A stretch of DNA of 64,000 bases from Flavobacteriales bacterium. GTDB taxonomy: Bacteria; Bacteroidota; Bacteroidia; Flavobacteriales_F; PHOS-HE28. Of this stretch, positions 57,189 through 64,000 are shown in pieces. Position 1 is the first letter of the stretch; every line of letters starts with the position of its first letter. Under the pieces are notes generated by a model. It was not told the DNA's origin, searched no databases, and was given only the letters and a program-made list of their open reading frames with translations. Both the position numbers and the translations under genes were made by a program. Where the stretch lies: positions 417 through 64,416 of the forward strand of contig JACJZH010000007.1 in NCBI GenBank assembly GCA_020635695.1, in the 5' to 3' direction.

Positions 57189-59426
57189 GTGCGTTCCCTC
57201 GCGTTGCTTCCGATCCTCATCTGTGCCGCCTCCGGGGCGGCGCAGGTGCGTGTGGAGGTACGCGATGGCGGAACGGGGGAGGTCGTCCCTTACGCCCACG
57301 CCTACTGGCATCCGCTGGGTGAAGCGGCCGACCGCATGCAGGTCTCCGATCCCAACGGGGTGCTGCTGCTTCCCGCTTCCGCCGCGGAAGCCGAACAAGG
57401 CCTGGTGTTGCGGCTCAGCTTCGTGGGCTTCACCACGCGCACCGACACCCTCTTCGGCACCGGTCCGCACCGCCTCTCGCTCGAGCGTGCCACCGTGGGG
57501 CTGCAGGAGTTCGTCGTCACCGCGCAGTACGCGCCCCGCCCGGTGGACGAGGCCGTGCAGCGCATGAAGGTGATCGGCGAGGAGCAGGTGCAGCGCATGG
57601 CCGCCAACGACCTGGGAAGCGCGCTGCGCAACGAGACCAACCTCCGGCTGGGGCAGGACAACGTGCTGGGCACCTCCATGAGCATGCAGGGCCTCAGCGG
57701 CGAGAACGTCAAGATCCTCGTGGACGGCGTGCCGGTGGTCGGCCGGCTGGACGGCAACATCGACCTCTCGCAGATCGACCTCACGGGCATCGAACGCATC
57801 GAGGTGGTGGAAGGCCCGCTGAGCGTGAGCTACGGCACCAACGCACTGGCCGGCACCATCAACCTGATCACCCGGAAGCGGGGGAGGGGCCGCACCTTCG
57901 GCGCCAAGGTCTACGCCGAGCACATCGGCCGGTTGAACACCACCGTGCAGGGCTTCTGGCAGCGCGGTGGGCACAGCCTGGCCGTGTCGGGCGGAAGGAA
58001 CTTCTTCTCCGGCTGGAACCCCGACCAGACCGGGCTGCCGGATCTCGGTCCCGCGCCCGCCGACACCAACCGCTGGCAGCAGTGGAAGCCGCGGGAGCAG
58101 TACTTCGGAAGCCTGAACTACCGCTGGGCCCTGCGCGATTGGGAACTCGGCTACAAGGGTGAAGTGATGCACGACAAGATCACCGACCGTGGCCTGCCGC
58201 GCGCGCCCTACTTCGAGACCGCCTTCGACCAGGTGTTCACCACGGTGCGGCTGGACAACGCCCTGTTCGCCACACGCACCTGGACCGGCTCCACCCTGCA
58301 GGCCCAGGCCGCCTACCAGCACTACTCCCGCACGCGCAACACGTGGTACCGCGACCTCACCGACCTGGGCGGTGAGCTGATCGATGCCGAAGGCATGCAG
58401 GACACCGCCCGCTTCACCCTGGCCAACGGGCGCATGACCTGGAGCACCCGCCGCGACAGCTCCTCCTGGGACCTGGAGGCCGGGCTGGACCTGAACCACG
58501 AGACCGGCACCGGCGAACGCATCGGCGACGGCGAACAGGCCATCGGCGACTACGCGGCCTTCGCCAGTGTGGAACTGCGGCCGACCAAGGGCCTCACCCT
58601 GCGGCCCGCGGCCCGCGTGGCCTACAACACCCGCTACGCCGCACCCATCGTGCCCTCCCTCAACGCGCGCTGGGCCCTGGGTGAACGCTTCGTGCTGCGC
58701 GGCGCCTACGCCATGGGCTTCCGGGCGCCTTCGCTCAAGGAGCTCTACTTCTACTTCGTGGACGTGAACCACGACATCGTGGGCAACCCCGACCTGGAGG
58801 CCGAACGCGCCCACCATGGCGACCTCTCGCTCACCTACCGCCATGCGCGGAAGGAAAGCGTGTACACCGCCGACGCCGGGCTCTTCCTGAACGATGTCCG
58901 CGACCTCATCACCCTGGCGCAGGTCCAGGGCACGCGCTACAGCTACGTGAACATCGGCCGGGTGCGCACCTTCGGGGGAAGCGTGAACGCCGGCTGGGAC
59001 AACGGCCACTGGGCCTTCAGCACGGGCCTGGCCCTCACCGGCCGCGAGGACGACCTCGTGGGCACGCAGCAGTGGACCACGCCCGAGGTGCGCGCCTCGC
59101 TCACCCGCAACTGGCGCAGGCACGGCTGGCGGCTCTCCGCCTTCTACAAGTACACCGGCGAACAGGTGGCCTACGTGGCCCTGTCCGACACCGAGGTGGC
59201 CCGCAACACCATCTCCGCCTTCCACCTGGCCGATGCCAACGTGGCCAAGACCCTGTGGAAGGACCGCCTGACCGTGGCCCTGGGCTGCAACGACCTCTTC
59301 AACGTGGCCAACCTGCAGGCCTCCTTCGCCGGAGGTGCGCACAGCGCCGGTGGCAACGCCGTGCCCATGACCACCGGCCGCACCTTCTTCCTGCGCCTGG
59401 ACCTCCAACTCGACGCCAAGCCCTGA
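57189..59426 (+). CDS. TonB-dependent receptor (HmuR-like position) with N-terminal carboxypeptidase-regulatory-like domain
   Basis: GTG start. Plug motifs (RIEVVEGPLSVSYGTNALAGTINLITRK) and a C-terminal beta-barrel terminus (GRTFFLRLDLQL). Confidence 0.9.
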   Translation: MRSLALLPILICAASGAAQVRVEVRDGGTGEVVPYAHAYWHPLGEAADRMQVSDPNGVLLLPASAAEAEQGLVLRLSFVGFTTRTDTLFGTGPHRLSLERATVGLQEFVVTAQYAPRPVDEAVQRMKVIGEEQVQRMAANDLGSALRNETNLRLGQDNVLGTSMSMQGLSGENVKILVDGVPVVGRLDGNIDLSQIDLTGIERIEVVEGPLSVSYGTNALAGTINLITRKRGRGRTFGAKVYAEHIGRLNTTVQGFWQRGGHSLAVSGGRNFFSGWNPDQTGLPDLGPAPADTNRWQQWKPREQYFGSLNYRWALRDWELGYKGEVMHDKITDRGLPRAPYFETAFDQVFTTVRLDNALFATRTWTGSTLQAQAAYQHYSRTRNTWYRDLTDLGGELIDAEGMQDTARFTLANGRMTWSTRRDSSSWDLEAGLDLNHETGTGERIGDGEQAIGDYAAFASVELRPTKGLTLRPAARVAYNTRYAAPIVPSLNARWALGERFVLRGAYAMGFRAPSLKELYFYFVDVNHDIVGNPDLEAERAHHGDLSLTYRHARKESVYTADAGLFLNDVRDLITLAQVQGTRYSYVNIGRVRTFGGSVNAGWDNGHWAFSTGLALTGREDDLVGTQQWTTPEVRASLTRNWRRHGWRLSAFYKYTGEQVAYVALSDTEVARNTISAFHLADANVAKTLWKDRLTVALGCNDLFNVANLQASFAGGAHSAGGNAVPMTTGRTFFLRLDLQLDAKP

Positions 59427-60399
59427 TGTCCGCCCGCCTGCTCCCGATCCCCTTCGCCGCGCTGCTGCTCACCGGCTGCCTGCGCGAGGAACTGCCCGTG
59501 GATCCCTCACCTCGGGGCGAGGCCACATGCAGCTGCAGGTCTGCATGGGGCCGGGCTACCAGGACCAGCTGTGGATCGACCTGGGCACCGGCACCGTGGT
59601 GGCCACCAACCCCAAGGGCGCCTGGGACCTGGCCTTCGACAGCGAGCCCGACGGCTGGCACATCTGGCTGAACGGATCGAAGCTCATGACCGCCTGGAAC
59701 ATCGGTGCGGTGGACATCACCCAGCCCACCGATACCGCAGGCATGCATGACGCCCGACGGATCGATGCGCCCAGCGGGCACCCCGACAGCACCGCCTTCG
59801 GCAACGCCTGGGGCAGCGGCGACGTGTTCGTGGTGGACCTCGGCTTCAGCGCCTTCGGCCTGCCGCTGGGCCTGCGGAAGGTCCGCCCGGACGCGGTGGA
59901 CGCCGACGCCTGCACCTTCACCGTGGCCAATCTGGACGGAAGCAACATGCGCCAGGTGGTCGTGCCCAAGGACCCCACCTGCGGCCACACCTACTTCACC
60001 TTCACCAACGATGCCGTGGTGGCCATCGAACCGCCGCTGGGCACCTGGGACATCGTGCTCACGCAGTACACCCACCAGTTCTACGTGCCCTACCTGCCGT
60101 ACATCGTCTCCGGCGTGCTCACCGATCCCCGGCACACGCGGGTGGCGCGCATCCCCAGCGCGGACTTCGACCAGGTGGTGCTCGGCGACACGCTGTACCA
60201 TCCCTTCGAGCCCTGGCGCAACACCATCGGCTACGACTGGAAGGACTACGACTTCGACATCGGGGCCTACACCGTGTTCCCGCAGCAGGTGTACCTGATC
60301 GAGGACACCGACGGCCGCCACTTCAAGCTGCACTTCCTGGACTTCTATGGTGCCGGTGGCCAGGTGGGCTGCCCCTCCTTTGCCGTGGAGGAACTGTAG
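59426..60399 (+). CDS. HmuY-like lipoprotein (frameshift near 59510-59527)
   Basis: Lipoprotein signal MSARLLPIPFAALLLTGC in the frame of ORF 59072..59671. It continues as QLWIDLGTG..AWDLAFD in ORF 59527..60399. TGATG overlap with the receptor gene. Confidence 0.65.
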
Positions 60400-60440
60400 A
60401 AGAGGTGCCGCAGGTCACATCCCGCACAACGCCCGGGCCG

Positions 60441-60448
60441 TATTTTTG
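60441..60448 (+). promoter_or_regulatory. -7 box TATTTTTG
   Basis: Exact TAnnTTTG, 8 nt before the ATG at 60456. Confidence 0.45.
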
Positions 60449-60455
60449 CCCCTCG

Positions 60456-61544
60456 ATGAAGGCATCCTCCGTACAACCCAAGTTCAGCCAGCAGGCCCCC
60501 GAGTTCTTCAAGCGCCTGCGCGAGGTCACCGACGCCTACTTCGCGGAAAGCGGCCGCGCACGCACGGGCGACTTCCGCCTCTACCTGAAGACGGGCATCC
60601 TGATCGCCGTGCTCGTGGCGCTGTACGTCACGCTGGTCTTCTTCACCCCCGCCTCCGGCTGGGTGTCGCTGGGCCTCTGCGCCCTGCTCGGCCTCACCGT
60701 CGCCTCCATCGGCTTCAACGTGATGCACGACGGCGCCCACGGCAGCTACAGCAGCCGCCGCTGGGTGAACGAGGTCATGGGCCTCTCGCTCAACTTCCTG
60801 GGCGGCAACGTGTACCTCTGGAAGCTGAAGCACAACATCAACCACCACACCTTCACCAACGTGGAGGGCGTGGACGACGACATCGACATCAAGCCCTGGA
60901 TCCGCGTGCACGAAGGGCAGGAGCGGAAGTGGTTCCACCGGTTCCAGCACGTGTACGGCCTGCTGCTCTACGGGCTCACCTACCTCTTCTGGGTCTTCTA
61001 CAACGACCTGCGGAAATACTTCACCCGCCGCATCGCGGACCACACCCCCATGAAGCCGCTGACGGTGAAGGAGCACATCGTGTTCTGGGCCTCCAAGCTG
61101 GGCTATGTGGGCGTGTTCCTGGTGCTGCCCATGTTCTTCGCCGGCGTGGTGAACACGCTGATCGGCTACGGCGTCATGGTGTTCGTGGCCGGGCTGGTCA
61201 TCGCCATCGTGTTCCAGCTGGCGCACGTGGTGGGCGATGCCGAGTTCGTGGAGAAGCTGGAGGACGACCACCGCATCGAGGCCGAATGGGCGGTGCATCA
61301 GGTGGCCACCACGGCCAACTTCGCCACGCACAACCGCGTGTGGAACTGGCTCTTCGGCGGGCTCAACTTCCAGATCGAGCACCACCTCTTCCCGCGCATC
61401 AGCCACGTGCACTACCCGGAGCTCAGCCGCCGCTTCCGGGCGGTCTGCGCCGAGTTCAACGTGCCGTACCGGGAATACCCCACGCTGCGCAGTGCCCTGC
61501 GCGCTCACCTGCTGCACCTGCGGCGGGTGGGGATGGCGGCGTAG
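60456..61544 (+). CDS. Membrane fatty-acid desaturase (three-histidine-box family)
   Basis: His boxes HDGAHG, HNINHH and QIEHHLFP, plus TM helices. Internal ATG at 60456. Confidence 0.9.
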   Translation: MKASSVQPKFSQQAPEFFKRLREVTDAYFAESGRARTGDFRLYLKTGILIAVLVALYVTLVFFTPASGWVSLGLCALLGLTVASIGFNVMHDGAHGSYSSRRWVNEVMGLSLNFLGGNVYLWKLKHNINHHTFTNVEGVDDDIDIKPWIRVHEGQERKWFHRFQHVYGLLLYGLTYLFWVFYNDLRKYFTRRIADHTPMKPLTVKEHIVFWASKLGYVGVFLVLPMFFAGVVNTLIGYGVMVFVAGLVIAIVFQLAHVVGDAEFVEKLEDDHRIEAEWAVHQVATTANFATHNRVWNWLFGGLNFQIEHHLFPRISHVHYPELSRRFRAVCAEFNVPYREYPTLRSALRAHLLHLRRVGMAA

Positions 61545-61590
61545 TAGCCCAGGCGATCATTCCAGGTACCCGGAGTCAATGACCCGCCCC

Positions 61591-62190
61591 TCAAGGAGTT
61601 TGTGATCCAGCGGGGGTAGGTAGCCCCAGAACGATTCCGAGCCGGACATCAACACCCCAGAGCCCTTGGGCAGGGGCAAGGCTGGAGAGCTCCGGATCCA
61701 CATCGTCCAATGGATGCTCGTAGTATGGACTGAGTGAAAGGATCGGCTGAACGACCGGTGATCTCGAGTAACGCAAGGCCACTTGCATACCGGCCCCCAA
61801 CGTTTGATACGCCAGGACCTCGGACGCCGAATGGTGATGCAGCGATATCGTCCTGCGATGCCATCCCGCTTCAAGGCCATAGTCGACCGAGAACGCGTTC
61901 AGCCTTTGCGTCCGCAGGAAAGCGATGGATCCACCAACGCGTTTGTCCCTTCTCTCGTAGGCATCAGGCAGGTCCATCCATTCGCTCTGGAGGATACCCG
62001 GCCTCACTTCGAACACATACCGGTCAGCTCCAAGGGGAAACCTGAACGCCAGCGAGGCTCCCATCATCCGTGGGGATGATCGCTCCTGTTCCAGCACCTC
62101 AAATACGGGACTGATGAATACGTCCTGTGCAGAGACCATGGCGCAGTGGCACAGGCACCAAGCGATGGGATAGATCAGCTTGCGACCCAT
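61591..62190 (-). CDS. Hypothetical secreted protein in a lower-G+C patch
   Basis: 199-aa ORF with a signal-like N-terminus (IAWCLCHCAMVSAQ). No recognisable domain. The only long ORF in an otherwise empty 680-bp gap. Confidence 0.45.
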   Translation of the reverse strand: MGRKLIYPIAWCLCHCAMVSAQDVFISPVFEVLEQERSSPRMMGASLAFRFPLGADRYVFEVRPGILQSEWMDLPDAYERRDKRVGGSIAFLRTQRLNAFSVDYGLEAGWHRRTISLHHHSASEVLAYQTLGAGMQVALRYSRSPVVQPILSLSPYYEHPLDDVDPELSSLAPAQGLWGVDVRLGIVLGLPTPAGSQTP

Positions 62191-62223
62191 GGTATGGTGA
62201 TCAATTGTCCCGCCTGTCTTCGT

Positions 62224-63837
62224 TCACTCCAGCACCACCGGCTGGTCCTTGGGGTGCTTCACGCTGTAGGTGAACTTCAGCTCCTTGGTCGTGCGCGGGT
62301 CCATGGGGATGCGCCAGGTGAGGCTGCCGCGGTCCTTGTCCACGGTGGCGCCGCCCTCGTCCTCCAGCTTCACCTCCACCTCGCTGCGGCTGCTGATCGG
62401 GATTGGTCCTGCAGGATCAGGTCCACCCTGGCGTTACCGGTGTTGCGCACGGTGATGTCCCAGCCGATGGTGACGGTCCGCTTTGCCGCCGATCACGGGC
62501 TTCTCGCTGTAGCCCTTGCGTTTCACGCGTTCCACCACGATGTTCTTGTCGCGCCCCAGGCTGATGTTGAGCGTGTCCTGCGGACGGCTCAGGTCCAGGT
62601 GCGTGCGGCCCACGTAGGTGCCTTCGAAGAACACGTTGGCATCGCCGGGCAGCAGGGCCAGGTCCTCCCAGCCGGTCGTGCGGGCGTAGAGGAAGGCGTC
62701 GCGGTCCAGCTTGGGCGTGCAGTAGTGGGTGTAGGTGGCAGGCACGGTGTGGGTGCGCACGCCCACGGTGTGCGGGCGGCCGTCGGAAGGCACGGAGAAG
62801 GGCACGTCCAGCGTGTACTCGGTGGTGGTGGTGCGGTACACCACGGCCTGCCCGATCTCGGTGATGGCGGGTTCATCCTCCAGGTCCATGGCCACGTTGC
62901 CGGCGGCGGCAGGCGCCATCGCGCGACTGTCCATTTCCTCCCGGTACCTGCCCTTCGTTGAAATGGTCTCGAGCATGATCGGCTGCTCCAGCACCCAGGG
63001 TCGCAGGTTCGGCATGGTGCCGCCCAACGTGGGGTTGCCGCTGCTGAGGGCGATGTCCACCTTGTCCCAGTCCTCTCCGGTGTTGTTCACCAGCCGGGCC
63101 TTCATCAGCAGTTCGATGGGCTTGTCCACGCTGGTGGCGCGCAGGTCGTAGGCGGGTGTCCAGCCGGCGTTGTGCACGAAGTAGCCCAGGGTGAAGCGGG
63201 CCTGCACGGCGGCGGGTGCGCTCAACTCCACCACCACCTCACTGGTGGGCCGGGCCGCCTGGGCCTGCAACTGTTGCAATTGCTGGCGCAGCTTGGTGGC
63301 CTCCTCGTTGATGGCGGTGAGCTTCTCCTGTTGATCCAGCAAGCCCTTCTTCACGGCTGTCATGCGGGTCCGCACGTAGTCGTTCACGCCCTGCAGCTGG
63401 GTGGCGGAGACCCCGTTGTCCTGTCCGCCCACGGCCCAGTTCTTCAGCAGCAGCTGTTCCTCGTTCTGCCAGACCTGCTGGGTCGCCACCTCTACGTTGT
63501 AGTCGTGCTCCAGCTTCTTGATGCGTTCCTGCAGGTCCGTCACCTCCTGCTTGTTGGGACTTTCGCTCAGGTAATTCACGCGGTGCTCCACGCCCAGGAT
63601 GGTGAAGCCGCCCTTGCCGTTCACCTGGATGCTTTGCGGGTCCAGCTGCTGGCTGAGCCCGGTGAAGACCACCGTGGAGGCTCCCACCGGCAGCGACTTG
63701 CTCGCCGACCGCGAGATCTGGGCCCCGTTCAGGAAGACCTTGACCTCCTGGATGGTGCTGGTGACGGGCAGTTCCTCGCCGGCCAGGGCGGTCAACGGGA
63801 GCAGGCAAAAAAGCAGGGTGGAGCGGAAGGAGCACAT
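62224..63837 (-). CDS. DUF4139/MuiA-like protein (two frameshifts near 62478 and 62405)
   Basis: Signal peptide MCSFRSTLLFCLLPLTALA, a central coiled coil and a DUF4139-like C-terminal half. The tail VTIGWDITVRNTGNARVDLILQDQ and then IPISSRSEVEVKLEDEGGATVD..KFTYSVKHPKDQPVVLE are in two other frames, with the stop at 62224. Confidence 0.75.
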
Positions 63838-63854
63838 GGGAGTGGAGCTTGGTA

Positions 63855-63862
63855 CGAAGGTA
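63855..63862 (-). promoter_or_regulatory. -7 box variant TACCTTCG (minus strand)
   Basis: The forward sequence CGAAGGTA lies 17 nt upstream of the ATG at 63837. Confidence 0.35.
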
Positions 63863-64000
63863 TTGGCGTGTGGCTGTACACGCAGACAGGGAAATGGTTC
63901 GATCCCTGCCTCCTCGAACAGCATGGAGATCGCTCGTTACCTCGGGAAACACCTCTCCGCCTCTGTCTTCGACCTACTTGTGAACGGCCAGGGGATGCGA

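Noticed and set aside
56793-59408. An 871-aa ORF on the minus strand opposite the TonB-dependent receptor. Similar long antisense ORFs occur at 20212..21684, 21823..23697, 9938..11194, 3927..5045, 38561..39628, 40078..41448 and 44476..45510.
   Set aside because: They are typical shadow ORFs of a high-G+C genome. The translations are Arg/Gly/Ala/His-rich with no motifs, and each lies exactly antisense to a gene with clear family signatures.
1-64000. Programmed ribosomal frameshifting or stop-codon recoding as the explanation for the frame breaks.
   Set aside because: The breaks are scattered over unrelated genes, lack slippery heptamers or downstream structures, and are often in plain G/C homopolymers. 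Some occur as close compensating pairs. Error or decay is far more parsimonious.
63923-64000. A possible 5' end of a + strand gene (ATG at 63923, MEIARYLGKHLSASVFDLLVNGQGMR..) running off the window.
   Set aside because: Only 26 codons are visible, with no motif and no promoter box. This is too little to support a feature.
1-64000. A prophage, integrative element or defence island.
   Set aside because: I recognised no integrase, tRNA target, phage structural genes, restriction-modification or toxin-antitoxin modules, or ATPase-nuclease pairs. Gene content is housekeeping plus surface proteins. The only mobile-type gene is the RAYT.

Overview
This is a 64-kb, high-G+C chromosomal core segment that looks like a Bacteroidota genome. 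Supporting signs are four T9SS cargo genes with type A or type B C-terminal sorting domains, a gldB-gldC pair, recurrent TAnnTT(T/C)G -7 promoter boxes, and a dcw cluster without murF. On the + strand at 31.7-47.5 kb lies a complete division/cell-wall cluster: mraZ-rsmH-ftsL-ftsI-murE-mraY-murD-(extra ORF)-ftsW-murG-murC-ftsQ-ftsA-ftsZ. Other content:
- tyrS, trmB, nadE and engB
- an Mrp/NifU/korAB Fe-S and 2-oxoacid oxidoreductase block
- a Na/Pi cotransporter and two histidine kinases (one with its response regulator)
- two tandem ~1115-aa FG-GAP/ASPIC-UnbV lipoprotein paralogs
- a secreted NucA-type nuclease, a PrsW-like protease and an RRM protein
- a HmuY-like/TonB-receptor/HmuY-like locus, a fatty-acid desaturase and a DUF4139 protein
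- an 8-module T9SS adhesin containing a ~99% identical 738-bp tandem duplication

I recognised no rRNA, tRNA, CRISPR array, integrase or prophage. I do not see a convincing new multi-gene system. The observations most worth follow-up are:
1. A stand-alone MurD C-terminal-domain ORF wedged between murD and ftsW.
2. A RAYT-type Y1 transposase flanked by inverted REP-like hairpins (REPtron-like unit) between korB and nadE.
3. A phased GTGGGAG triple repeat (MraZ-box-like) on the mraZ promoter, with an inverted pair 100 bp upstream.
4. About two dozen reading-frame breaks, many in essential genes and at G/C homopolymers. These point to assembly indel errors; at least one gene may be truly decayed.

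Coordinates include stop codons. All functional calls come from motif recognition by eye in the supplied translations, not from database searches.
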